Of a stretch of DNA of 45,810 nucleotides, positions 29,304 to 39,016 are shown in pieces; position 1 is the first letter of the stretch, and the number at the start of each line of letters is the position of its first letter. The position numbers were made by a program, and so were the translations under genes. The notes beneath the pieces are model-generated. The model was not told where the DNA came from and searched no databases. It saw nothing but the letters and a program-made list of their open reading frames with translations. This DNA is from Berkelbacteria bacterium GW2011_GWA2_35_9 (GTDB lineage: Bacteria; Patescibacteriota; UBA1384; GWA2-35-9), in assembly GCA_000991185.1 (NCBI GenBank), contig LBRB01000005.1, positions 1 through 45,810 on the forward strand. Direction: 5' to 3'.

Positions 29304-30866
29304 CTATTTTATTCTCTCGTATTTATCCACCCCAACACTAACCATATCCTGACTTGAAATCAGTTTTAAATTTGGGTCATTTGGCTGACAATTACCAACG
29401 TCTTTTGGATTGCGGATAAAATAAATTATATCAGCCGATTCTCTCCAATCTAATTTTTCGTTCCACTTAAACAAAAAATCATAAGCTGGTTGGTAAGAAA
29501 AACAGCCTGGATAAAAAAACTTATAGCAAACATTAATCTGAACCGGTTGACCTTGCGCATCGTCCACAATATAATTAGCTAAATTTCTTAAATCAATATA
29601 GAGCAAATCGGAAGGTTGAACCGGGTTGTGAGTGGCACGAATCTCTCCTTGATAAATTTCGTTAAAAATTGGCTGACTATTTGAATAAATATAGTAACCG
29701 CCAACGATAATCAATATGATCGTTCCCCAAATTTTAGTTTTTGAAATTAAATATCCTAAAATATCAGCCAGTGCAATAAATAACATTGGATAAATTGCGA
29801 TAAAATAGTAATCCCACAAGGGGAATCGAAATAGTCCAGCTGAAATTAAAAAGAAAAACACCCAAAGCGCAGAAAACAGATACCAATCTTTGAGTTTTTT
29901 TCGACCAAAACATGCAAAAATAATTGTTGCTACCAGTGCTACAACCCACCCAATCGTAATGCTCAATTTTCTTTCCCCGTTTCCCCATCGAATAAAACTC
30001 TGCATTGAGACATCTAAACTGGTGATTACTCGCTCAATCGAAGTTACCAAACCAAGATTATTGACTGCGTTTGGGTCCTCCGCTTTAACCAAAGCGCCAT
30101 AATATTGACGAATATCAGCCAGATTATGGGTAGCTTGATAATAAATGTAAGGGGAATAAAGTGCTAAAAATATTACTAACGCAATTAACCAATTTTTGAC
30201 CCCTTGGCGATAAGATTTTTTCCAAAAAAGATAAATAAAAATTGGCAAAATTAGTAGAAAACAAGAAGAGTGAATTTGTAAAGTTGCCGACAAACTAAAA
30301 CCAAAAAACGCCCACCAGCCCCAATGAGCTTTTTTATTTTGACTGATTGTCCAAACGCTATCCATAAGCATCAACAAAAACGGTAATAAATAAAACGGGT
30401 TAGTGAAACCACGACCCATGGCGGTAAATTTATAAGTAAAAGCTAAAAGAAAAGCGACAATTATGCCTTTAATTGAAGAATCAAATATTTTTCTAACTAA
30501 ATAATAACTATAAACTACTGATATCAAAGCTAAAATACCGGAAAAATAACTAGCTGACAAAGCATTTAAATTAGTTAATAATAACGGAATTGCTAATAAG
30601 TAGTAATAAAACGGACCTAAATAAGCTTTGTAGCCACCTTTTTCCAAAGCTGCCGGTCCTTGATACAAAATATTTTTATTTCGAATTGAATCTGCAACTG
30701 GGTTTAAATGATTACCTTGATCAAAACCAACGATGGCTGTCATGTTTACTTTATAAAACATCAGAAAAGCTGAACCAATTAAAATTACGGTCAGTACAAT
30801 ATTTTGCCAACTTAAAAATTGTTTTTTCTGAAATTTTTTTATTTTTTCCATCTCAATTATTAGCAA
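29304..30866 (-). CDS. ArnT/PMT-like GT-C glycosyltransferase
   Basis: FDQG, GP...YLGPFYYYL, NP, QIH; multiple TM helices. Confidence 0.78.
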   Translation of the reverse strand: MLIIEMEKIKKFQKKQFLSWQNIVLTVILIGSAFLMFYKVNMTAIVGFDQGNHLNPVADSIRNKNILYQGPAALEKGGYKAYLGPFYYYLLAIPLLLTNLNALSASYFSGILALISVVYSYYLVRKIFDSSIKGIIVAFLLAFTYKFTAMGRGFTNPFYLLPFLLMLMDSVWTISQNKKAHWGWWAFFGFSLSATLQIHSSCFLLILPIFIYLFWKKSYRQGVKNWLIALVIFLALYSPYIYYQATHNLADIRQYYGALVKAEDPNAVNNLGLVTSIERVITSLDVSMQSFIRWGNGERKLSITIGWVVALVATIIFACFGRKKLKDWYLFSALWVFFFLISAGLFRFPLWDYYFIAIYPMLFIALADILGYLISKTKIWGTIILIIVGGYYIYSNSQPIFNEIYQGEIRATHNPVQPSDLLYIDLRNLANYIVDDAQGQPVQINVCYKFFYPGCFSYQPAYDFLFKWNEKLDWRESADIIYFIRNPKDVGNCQPNDPNLKLISSQDMVSVGVDKYERIK

Positions 30867-31890
30867 TAAATTCTTTTAAAATATTATATGCCGGTCTTGG
30901 CTCACCTAACTCAAATTCACCAGCGCTATTTTTCTTTAGATTCAGAATTCCATTAAATTGATTTGGTCCACCGAGTAAAAAAGCTTGATCGTAAAGATTG
31001 AGGTTTATAATCCCTTTGACCTTGCCACTCTTAGCAATTTCGTCTAAGCGAATTTGATAATATTCAGCTTGTGCTTTTTCGTCATCACCTCTTTCTCCAA
31101 ATTCCATTATCCAAACATCTTTACCAAGCGATGCAATTCTATCAAGAACTTTTACCTCCCCCTTATCCGTTTCAACACTCAAAATATTACTCTTTTCGGC
31201 GAACCAATCCCAGCCAATAATATCAAATTGAATTCCGTCATTAATTAACATATCTACAAAAGCAATATGGAGCCAATGCCCAGTAATAATTTTTTTTGCT
31301 TGACTATTTCCTATCTTGACTCCCTCGCTAGCACCTTTTAGCCAAGTCGAAACTTTTTGATAACGATCCGGCTCATAAGCACTGCCGACAATACCAGACC
31401 AGCCCGGCTTAATCGCATCGGTGGCTGGCTCATTGCCTAATTGAAAATAATTTATGTAATAATAGTGTTTAGAAATTTTTTGAGCAATATCAAAACCATC
31501 TTGATAAGGGTCGCTGATTTCGTTATAGGCTTTTTTGGGTTGAATTAGTAGAATCACTTCAAAACCAGCATCGAAAACTTTTTTGATTGTTGGTTCATGT
31601 ATTGCCGGTTCTTGACCATCGTTTGGATATTCAAGACGAACATATTTAACCCCTAAATCTTTAAGTGACGCAATTACTCCATCAAGCTCTTTTTGATCAA
31701 TTTTTCCCGTTGGGAAAGGATTAATACTTGTTCCCCAAATGAAATCATTCTTTTTTTTATCCTCTTTCGAAGTATCTTTATTACTAATTTGGGTATAATA
31801 GTCAGCGATTTTGACACGATTAACAATTATTAAATACGAAAGCCCGAAAATAATGATAAAAAATAGAATGTACTTCATGATAACAAACAT
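30853..31890 (-). CDS. Membrane-anchored clan GH-A glycoside hydrolase
   Basis: DLGVKYVR, QLGNEP (acid/base), DIIG.D, WIMEFG (nucleophile). Confidence 0.75.
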   Translation of the reverse strand: MFVIMKYILFFIIIFGLSYLIIVNRVKIADYYTQISNKDTSKEDKKKNDFIWGTSINPFPTGKIDQKELDGVIASLKDLGVKYVRLEYPNDGQEPAIHEPTIKKVFDAGFEVILLIQPKKAYNEISDPYQDGFDIAQKISKHYYYINYFQLGNEPATDAIKPGWSGIVGSAYEPDRYQKVSTWLKGASEGVKIGNSQAKKIITGHWLHIAFVDMLINDGIQFDIIGWDWFAEKSNILSVETDKGEVKVLDRIASLGKDVWIMEFGERGDDEKAQAEYYQIRLDEIAKSGKVKGIINLNLYDQAFLLGGPNQFNGILNLKKNSAGEFELGEPRPAYNILKEFIANN

Positions 31891-31891
31891 T

Positions 31892-31996
31892 AATTAAGAA
31901 TTAAGATCTCATAATTCATAATCAAATTTAGAGTTTATAAACTATAATTTTTAATTTTGGATTAGGTTCTTAATTCTGAGATATTAATTTTGAATT
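31892..31996. repeat. Gene-junction arm/anti-arm heptamer repeat supplying the last codons of the 31970 gene
   Basis: aattaagaattaagatctcataatt versus aattctgagatattaatt; 46-bp identity to 22302-22347. Confidence 0.88.
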
Positions 31997-33184
31997 ATTG
32001 TCTGGTTTACTAACAATCCCCAATGTCAAAAATATCCAAAAGATTATCACCAAATCGTTTTTCCAGTATGGTGTGTCAACTAATCCAATAATGATTATTG
32101 TCAACAAACCAGCTAAAATCGGATATTTTTGATTTTTATAACTCTTAATAAATGCCAAAATGATTAAGTAAATAAAAACACACAGCATTAATAACCCGCC
32201 CTGGACCCAAAATGACAAGAAAAGATTGTGGGGCATTAAGGCTCGAGGAGAAATAAATTCAGGATAATTGCCTTGATCAGCGGTATAATTAGTAAAATAA
32301 TTTTGATAATTTCCAAGCCCAACTCCCAAGAAAAAGTTTTTGGTATTTTCTGTTTCAATCTTTAAAGTAGTTTTCCAAATTTCATACCGAATATTGTTAG
32401 AATTTGATACCCTGCCACTACCTTCTTTTGCCGATAAATTAACCCGTGCTAAGTAGGTAGCAATTAATAGTAATAGTGCTAAACCAATGCTCATTCCAAT
32501 TTTGTAAACTTTTGAAATCTTATTTTTATCAGCTATATATTGCCATAAAACTATGAAAACGGCGATTATATCAGCTAAAATTGCTCCCCTGGAACCAGTT
32601 AAATAAACTCCAATAATAATTAAAATAGAGGCAATTAAATAATAAATTTTATATCTTTTTGAACAGACAAATCTAAGGGTTGAAAGCGCAAAAGCGGGTG
32701 CTAAATACATCGCTAAATAATTGGCGCTGGCATTGGCTTCGAATGAAAATATGCCAACAATTCTGCCATCGTTAGTTGTAATGTCGAGACATTTTTGACT
32801 AATTGCCAATATTGCCATCAAGGTGGATGAAACAATTAGGCTATCACAAATAATTGTTGGACGTACTTTAGAAACTCTTGGTTGGGTTCGCCAAATTAAC
32901 CATGCAAAAATAATCGGATCAATAATAAATGCCTTCAACTGACCAAGGGCAATGTTTTTATCTGGTGCAATTAAAGTTGAAATAGTACCAGCCAAAATGA
33001 TTAGCCCCAAACTAAGATAAATTTTAATATTTTTTGGTAAAATTAACTTTTTATCTAGAACGATTTGGATTAGAAAAGCTAACCAAATCAAAACTTCTAA
33101 CAAAGTTGTTGGAATATTAAGTACTTCAAAACGCACCATATAGACCGGAAGAAAGATAATGATTAAAGAAAGTAAATAAAGCAT
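31970..33184 (-). CDS. O-antigen ligase/Wzy-like protein
   Basis: N.LA.YL, TGSRGA, R..IW, GVGLGNY, PHNLFL. Confidence 0.85.
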   Translation of the reverse strand: MLYLLSLIIIFLPVYMVRFEVLNIPTTLLEVLIWLAFLIQIVLDKKLILPKNIKIYLSLGLIILAGTISTLIAPDKNIALGQLKAFIIDPIIFAWLIWRTQPRVSKVRPTIICDSLIVSSTLMAILAISQKCLDITTNDGRIVGIFSFEANASANYLAMYLAPAFALSTLRFVCSKRYKIYYLIASILIIIGVYLTGSRGAILADIIAVFIVLWQYIADKNKISKVYKIGMSIGLALLLLIATYLARVNLSAKEGSGRVSNSNNIRYEIWKTTLKIETENTKNFFLGVGLGNYQNYFTNYTADQGNYPEFISPRALMPHNLFLSFWVQGGLLMLCVFIYLIILAFIKSYKNQKYPILAGLLTIIIIGLVDTPYWKNDLVIIFWIFLTLGIVSKPDNNSKLISQN

Positions 33185-33192
33185 AATATATA

Positions 33193-33277
33193 AATTAAGA
33201 ATTCAGATCTCAGAATTAATAATCTAATTTTTAATTTTTAAATGTGATTCTGAATTCTTAATTCTTAACTTTGAATT
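33193..33277. repeat. Gene-junction arm/anti-arm heptamer repeat supplying the C-terminus of the 33224 gene
   Basis: aattaagaattcagatctcagaattaat versus ttctgaattcttaattcttaactttgaatt; encodes NSKLRIKNSESHLKIKN*. Confidence 0.85.
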
Positions 33278-34609
33278 ATCATCTGCAATAATACCGTACA
33301 ACGCCACCAATATCCCAGCATACACCCATATCCCAATAATCGCTAGGGTTGAGAAGAAATTGTACTGCACCAACACCGCTACAAAACCAATCGTTAAAAT
33401 AGCTAAATAACTGCCTATTTCACTCTCTTTTGCTAATTTTACTCCCCGAAACCCAGCATAGATTATTAGTAAAATTATGCCTACAAAAAGAATCAATCCA
33501 AACATTCCAATTTCTGCCAATATCTCTAAATATTCATTATTAACAATTTGCTGGACAAAAGGATTTTCTAAATCATAACCGGTCGCATACGGTCCATAAT
33601 TGAATACTCCAATTCCAGTTAACGGTTTTTCTTTGAAGGCTTGCCAAGCGACTTCGTAAGTATTTAATCGCCCCATTACCGATTCGGTAATTTGGTAATC
33701 TTTCAAAGTTAATTGATTATAAAAACTGGCTCTTTTATCAGCTCCTAAAACTGAAAGAATTATTACAACTAAAATGATTGCCGTTGATAAAATCGAACTA
33801 AATAAAGTTAAATTTTTTACCGTCAGGGTTTTTTTAGGGTAGAAAAAGAAAAGCAATAAAACAAAAACTAAATAAGCTAAAATTGCTCCTCGTGACAAAG
33901 TCATAAAAATTACCATTGAGGTTAACACAAACCCGACTAAATTAATCCAGTTTTTTTTACCCTGAAAAATCTCCGCAACAAAAATTGATAACGGTAAAAA
34001 AAGATAATTACCTAAATAGAGCGGTTCTAGAGAAAAAGCGTGTACTCTTGGAAAACCAAAAACTTTTTGCGTATAAAGATCTCTCAGCCCAGTTAGCCAA
34101 ATTGGCAAATTAAGCATATCGCCAACAAATTGCCAACCAGTAAAAAGTATCACGATAAAGGCTGATATTTTAATTATGTGAACAATTTTGACAAATTTTT
34201 GGATCGAGTCAATTTGGCTAGTTATGATTTGAAAAAGTAAAAAAGTAAAACCTATTTGAAAAAAAGTTACTAGACTCATAAATGGTCGAATTGTTTGAAA
34301 TAGAGATAATGAGATAAAAAATAACAATCCAAGCAAGGGGATTGTTAAATAATTAATTTTAAATTTTTCTCGTTTCTTAAGCAAACGAATTGCGTAGAAC
34401 AAAATTAATAATAATCCCAAAATATGATTTACTTTAAGCGTGAAACCAGCGATCGGCAAGGACGGAATTCGTTCAAATGGTAAAGCAAAAATTATTGCTA
34501 AAACAAGCCAAAAATAATCACGGCAGGTCTTTTTAATTACCCAAAAAAGAGTCGCTAATCCTGCAACACAGCCAACGAAAAAACCTAACATTTGGATAGT
34601 TTCGTTCAT
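33224..34609 (-). CDS. O-antigen ligase/Wzy-like protein
   Basis: R.HAFSLEP, TLSRGA, GR, P.TGIG, NNEYLEILAE.G; start placed at ATG 34609. Confidence 0.82.
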   Translation of the reverse strand: MNETIQMLGFFVGCVAGLATLFWVIKKTCRDYFWLVLAIIFALPFERIPSLPIAGFTLKVNHILGLLLILFYAIRLLKKREKFKINYLTIPLLGLLFFISLSLFQTIRPFMSLVTFFQIGFTFLLFQIITSQIDSIQKFVKIVHIIKISAFIVILFTGWQFVGDMLNLPIWLTGLRDLYTQKVFGFPRVHAFSLEPLYLGNYLFLPLSIFVAEIFQGKKNWINLVGFVLTSMVIFMTLSRGAILAYLVFVLLLFFFYPKKTLTVKNLTLFSSILSTAIILVVIILSVLGADKRASFYNQLTLKDYQITESVMGRLNTYEVAWQAFKEKPLTGIGVFNYGPYATGYDLENPFVQQIVNNEYLEILAEIGMFGLILFVGIILLIIYAGFRGVKLAKESEIGSYLAILTIGFVAVLVQYNFFSTLAIIGIWVYAGILVALYGIIADDNSKLRIKNSESHLKIKN

Positions 34610-34651
34610 TAAACTTCTCTTATAATAGCACACTTATCTTCTTTTGGTAAA

Positions 34652-35740
34652 TCACCGTTCAGCTACTCGTCTAAAAAGCGCTATTGTTTCGGTTACCGTT
34701 TTATCCCAACTAAATTTTTTAGCCTGTTTGAGGGAAGCATCAGATAATTTTTCTTGCAATTTAGTATCAGCTAAAACCATTGCTATTTTTTGGGCTAATT
34801 CTTCTTTATCTCGTGGATTTTTTAAATAGAGGGCGCCATCACCACCGGCTTCGGGTAGCGATGAATTAGCGGAAGTAATTACTGGTGCACCACAACTCAT
34901 TGCCTCTAAAATTGGTAACCCAAAACCTTCAAATAAACTTGGGTAAACAAACAGCGCCGTTTGATTGTAAAGTTCAATCAATTTGTTGTCCTCAACCCGA
35001 CCAAGCAAATCAATTTGATTATGCAAATTCGCCTTTCTCAATTCTTCTTCAAATTCGTGATTATTCCACCCTAAATTGCCGGCAATTTTTAACCGGTGCT
35101 GATTTTTCAAATCTTCAGGCAAAATTTGGTAAGCCCTGAGTAGAGTAATAAAATTTTTTCTCGGTTCTAGGGTCGAAACTGAAAGAATAAATTTTTCTCG
35201 TTTCAATTTCAGATTAATAAATTCATCGCCCATTGCGTACTGAGTTAGATTAATTTTTTGAGCTAAATATTGACCAAAGCGACACAAAATATCATTTTTG
35301 GTCGATTTTGACGGAACAATAATAGCGGTGCTTTTTTTGACTGTCCAAGGCAATAACATTTTTTCGATTAATTTAGTTTTTAGTTTTGGTTGTGTGTCTT
35401 CTCGGTAAACAGCTAGGTCGTGAATTGCCACAACTGTTTTGACAGGTGAAAATATGACTGGCAAAAAACCGGTTGGCGCAAAAAAGAGATCGTATTTTTC
35501 CCGTTTCAATTTTTTTCTGAGCCAAATATTAGTTGAAAATGGATAGCGTGTTTTAGGTAATTGACAAAATTCAATTTTGGAATTAATTTCAAATTCAAGA
35601 GGTGATTTAGCCAAAATAGTTATTTGAAAGTCGTCTGGTAAACACCGGCTTAATCCTTTGATAATTTCCCGAATATAGCGAGCTTTTCCATCGCTACCAT
35701 TGGCTTCTCGCCCATCAATTGCTATTTTCATTATTTTCAT
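34652..35740 (-). CDS. GT4 glycosyltransferase
   Basis: IHDL, EPRKN, PSLFEGFGLPILEAMSCG. Confidence 0.92.
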   Translation of the reverse strand: MKIMKIAIDGREANGSDGKARYIREIIKGLSRCLPDDFQITILAKSPLEFEINSKIEFCQLPKTRYPFSTNIWLRKKLKREKYDLFFAPTGFLPVIFSPVKTVVAIHDLAVYREDTQPKLKTKLIEKMLLPWTVKKSTAIIVPSKSTKNDILCRFGQYLAQKINLTQYAMGDEFINLKLKREKFILSVSTLEPRKNFITLLRAYQILPEDLKNQHRLKIAGNLGWNNHEFEEELRKANLHNQIDLLGRVEDNKLIELYNQTALFVYPSLFEGFGLPILEAMSCGAPVITSANSSLPEAGGDGALYLKNPRDKEELAQKIAMVLADTKLQEKLSDASLKQAKKFSWDKTVTETIALFRRVAER

Positions 35741-35748
35741 TTTATTTT

Positions 35749-35795
35749 TGTCATTCTCGAGCCGGAAGCGAAGCGTTACGACATCGGGAATCCAG
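35749..35795. repeat. Half copy of the TGTCAT element, providing the last 14 codons and stop of the GT2 gene
   Basis: TGTCATTCTCGAGCCGG...GACATCGGGAATCCAG reads LDSRCRNASLPARE* on the minus strand. Confidence 0.82.
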
Positions 35796-36554
35796 TTTTT
35801 TAATTTTTAACGCCGTTCTAAATCGATAATAACTCGCCATTAAAGCAAATCTCAAACCGTGAAAACCATCTCGATAACCTTTTAATTGAACAAAGCGCCA
35901 AAAAAATTCTTTTAATGGTTTGCCAATTAAATATGTAAGAGAAAACTGTCTACCTTTTTTGATTAAAAAGTTAGCTTCTAAATCGGTATAAAGAGGAATT
36001 TTCTTCAACCATTGGCTAAAATAAGTAACCGAATAATGTTCAATATGACCATCAATCTCTCCAATTTTTCCATCTACGAATAATAATTCATGAATAGTAT
36101 GGCGATATTTTGCTTTTCGTTTGTCAAATAATCGAATGTGCAAATCAGGATAAGTGCCACCGTATCTGAGCCAATGGTTGAAGAAATAGGTTTTAAATTT
36201 GATATTGTAGCCAAAATCTAAAACTTTATCGTTCTGGCGAAATTTTTCTAAAGCATCAGTCAGTTGACCATCAACAATTTCATCAGCGTCTAACAGTAAC
36301 ACCCAATTATTTTTCGCCTGTGCTATTCCAAAATTTTTATGATCCCGAAAATTTTGCAGTTTTTTTATCACAATATCGGCTTGAAATTCTTGTGCTAAAT
36401 CTTTAATTTCAGGCAAAAATCCTTCATCTAAGACCACTAATAATTGATCGCAAAATTTCGGATTGGAAGCATGCTCTAAAACCCGTTTAAAAGTTATTGT
36501 CTCGTTTTTCGCAAAAATTAAAACGGTAATTTTGTTCATTATACTCGACTCCAA
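35751..36554 (-). CDS. GT2 glycosyltransferase (beta-1,4-glucosyltransferase-like)
   Basis: KNE, WVLLLDADE, YPD...RLF, IHE, GYRDG; the start may be Met6 (36539). Confidence 0.88.
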   Translation of the reverse strand: MESSIMNKITVLIFAKNETITFKRVLEHASNPKFCDQLLVVLDEGFLPEIKDLAQEFQADIVIKKLQNFRDHKNFGIAQAKNNWVLLLDADEIVDGQLTDALEKFRQNDKVLDFGYNIKFKTYFFNHWLRYGGTYPDLHIRLFDKRKAKYRHTIHELLFVDGKIGEIDGHIEHYSVTYFSQWLKKIPLYTDLEANFLIKKGRQFSLTYLIGKPLKEFFWRFVQLKGYRDGFHGLRFALMASYYRFRTALKIKKLDSRCRNASLPARE

Positions 36555-37228
36555 TCAATTAATGGAGCTAAAAATTTTGGTTCAGCGTGAGTGCTCAATG
36601 ATGGAATAGGAGTAATTAATTTGCGTCCTCGACGACGCAAATCCCGGAAAGCTTTAAAATCATAAGGGTAAGTATCAACTAAACGCCTCTCCCAAAGTTT
36701 ATAGTCAGCTTTGAGAGTTTTAACTTGTGACGCAAATGTCATTGTGCTTGAATTAGTAAATTTCCAGTGAGACGACTGAGTCAAAATCACTTTTGTTTTT
36801 TCTCCGCCATCTTTAACAAAAGGATTGAGCCCGTCTTGATATTTGTCCGGATGATCGTAAAGACTGACATAATCAGCTCGCCCTAAACCTTCTTTGAGCA
36901 CTTGGTCGGAGTTGGGTAAATATAAATAATCATCTTCGGCAAAAAATATCATTTCGTCTAAATCGTCAAGTTGGCAAGCTTTCTTTAAAACATATTTAAA
37001 AGATTGAGTATTGCCAAGAGCCGTTTCTTCGATTGAAAGATTTTTTTTCTGTTGGGAAAAAATAAAATCTTTCAGTTTTTTTTCAGTCACATTGTCGGCA
37101 ACAATTTCAATTTGATTGTCTTCACGATCAAATTCTCGCAAAAAAATTGTCAAACAATGCTCTTTAGTAGCGTTAGACAACCTTTCTTTTTTTTCAGAAT
37201 TATTGCTGATTCGATAATAAATTTTCAT
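36539..37228 (-). CDS. GT-A-fold glycosyltransferase-like protein
   Basis: ADN, GN..SF, FFAEDDY, YDHPDKY; locus context. Confidence 0.65.
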   Translation of the reverse strand: MKIYYRISNNSEKKERLSNATKEHCLTIFLREFDREDNQIEIVADNVTEKKLKDFIFSQQKKNLSIEETALGNTQSFKYVLKKACQLDDLDEMIFFAEDDYLYLPNSDQVLKEGLGRADYVSLYDHPDKYQDGLNPFVKDGGEKTKVILTQSSHWKFTNSSTMTFASQVKTLKADYKLWERRLVDTYPYDFKAFRDLRRRGRKLITPIPSLSTHAEPKFLAPLIDWSRV

Positions 37229-37274
37229 ATATTCAACCGATGTTTTAACCTCAATTTATATGCAAAAAACAGTT

Positions 37275-38369
37275 TTATGTATTTTTACAAACCACATAAT
37301 GTAAATATTCAATCGTTTTTTTTGCCTTATAATACCTATTTTCAGGTTTATCAGCCATAAAACGATTATATTTTTTTGTAAAATAACCATATCTGCCCTT
37401 TAGCGCCATTATTTCCCTAATATCTTTCAAGGTCATTAAACCTTCGTTACTATAGCTCAAAAAGATATATTTAGTTTTAGCTTTTAATATTAAATCTTTA
37501 AATACCTTTTTTATATGGGTTCTTGAGCAATAAAGCGATTTCTGATTTTGGTATTCTCGCAAGCCAGTTTTCCCGTATATTTTGGGATTATCATATTTTG
37601 CAATTGTTTCGAGTAAGTGATAATTTGTCGCATATTGCCGATGATTATATGGCGGATCTAAATATAAAATATCGCTCTTAATTTTTCCAACTATATCGTT
37701 TATATCCTCATTAAAAACACTATGTTCTCTATCATTTATAATCAACTCAGCTGGCTTCAAAATTAAATTATTTTGAGCTGTTTTTTTTAATTTTTTCAAA
37801 AAAGCACCATAAACAGAAGCTGTGTTTGCGTATTTATCAATAGATTCAACTAAACTAGTAATTAAAAAATAGTATTCATCATCGGAAATTAAATTTTGCT
37901 CTTTCCAGTTTTCAATTTTTTGACGGATAGCATCGCATCGCATTCCATTTTCATCAGAAAAATATTGTCGTTGTTCTTCTTCGTCTTTGGTTCCACTAAG
38001 ACAATAATTTTTATAAATAAACCCCTTTACTCCTCTTAAGTTTGACAAATAATCACAAACAAATTTTTTACGGTTTTTCACCCCGATATTAATTAAATCA
38101 GGAATTTCTTTTGTTAATTTCGCAAAATATAATTCTTTATGATTCCCGATATAATGCCTATTTAAAACATAACTATAATATTGAATATCGTTGGCAATTA
38201 TTTTGTAACCTTTTTTTTTAAAATAACTTCCGACAATTCCAGTTCCTGCAAATAAGTCGCAAAAAATATCACAGTTTCTATCAGCTCTGTTTTTTTCCGG
38301 GTCGACTACTTTATTGATTGATTCTTCCAAAAATTTCAACAATGATAATTTACTGCCGATATAATTCAT
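37275..38369 (-). CDS. DNA adenine methyltransferase (D12 class, M.NlaIII-like)
   Basis: MNYIGSK, DLFAGTG, NTASVYGAFLK, YLDPPYN.RQY..NYH, SYSNEG. Confidence 0.88.
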   Translation of the reverse strand: MNYIGSKLSLLKFLEESINKVVDPEKNRADRNCDIFCDLFAGTGIVGSYFKKKGYKIIANDIQYYSYVLNRHYIGNHKELYFAKLTKEIPDLINIGVKNRKKFVCDYLSNLRGVKGFIYKNYCLSGTKDEEEQRQYFSDENGMRCDAIRQKIENWKEQNLISDDEYYFLITSLVESIDKYANTASVYGAFLKKLKKTAQNNLILKPAELIINDREHSVFNEDINDIVGKIKSDILYLDPPYNHRQYATNYHLLETIAKYDNPKIYGKTGLREYQNQKSLYCSRTHIKKVFKDLILKAKTKYIFLSYSNEGLMTLKDIREIMALKGRYGYFTKKYNRFMADKPENRYYKAKKTIEYLHYVVCKNT

Positions 38370-39001
38370 AATTTTTTAGTTATGCAATAAAATCACAAAG
38401 GTATCCATTTGCCAGCTGTATATTTATCGCCGATGACGATTGCCAAGTATCTGCCATTTTCTAAAATTTTAATTGTATTTATTAAAACTTCGGCAAATTG
38501 CCCTAAAAATTCTTTTAGAGATTTGGCATTTGATAAATCATTTTTTAAATCACTAAATTTAATTATATCGGCATATGGCGGATGTAAAATTGCCAGTTGG
38601 ACATTTTTCTTTCTGTGATCTTTTAAAATTTCTTTTACTTTTTCAAATGTTTCAAATTTTGCGCTATCACCAGCAATCAAATCAGAGAAATTGTTTTTTG
38701 GCTCAATATTTTTTTTAACATAATCAACTAGTTTTGTTTGAATATCTATGCCAATAAAATTTCTGTTTAAACTTTCCGCTTCATAAGCAGTCGTTCCGCT
38801 CCCTAAAAATGGATCAAAAACAATTTCATTTTTCTTTGTATATCTCAAAATAAATCGGTGTGGAATTTGCGGGATAAAATTTCCATGGTAAAAGCCATTA
38901 TGCTTTCCCGTTTTATCTCTTTCGAGAATAATCCAAAGGCTATCAGTTAAAATTTCTGACTCTTTCCAATTTTCTAATATTAAATCATTAAATATTGGCA
39001 T
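38369..39001 (-). pseudogene. Truncated amino-methyltransferase (N4/N6 DNA methylase type)
   Basis: HGNF.PQI, DPFLGSGTT, HPPY. It ends WIPL*FYC: a TGA where Gly is expected, then loss of the C-terminus. Confidence 0.7.
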
Positions 39002-39016
39002 AATTAATTAAATTGT

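Noticed and set aside
22271-33277. CRISPR array
   Set aside because: The repeats are dispersed or tandem without unique regular spacers, and there are no cas genes.
37229-37255. IEVKTS peptide as a remnant of a PD-(D/E)xK endonuclease
   Set aside because: Only six residues after a stop codon; compatible with chance.
38384-38395. TGA at an expected Gly (PL*FYC) as evidence of genetic code 25
   Set aside because: Long genes translate fully under code 11, and mnmA, rsmA and others end in TGA at sensible positions. A nonsense change in a decayed gene is simpler.
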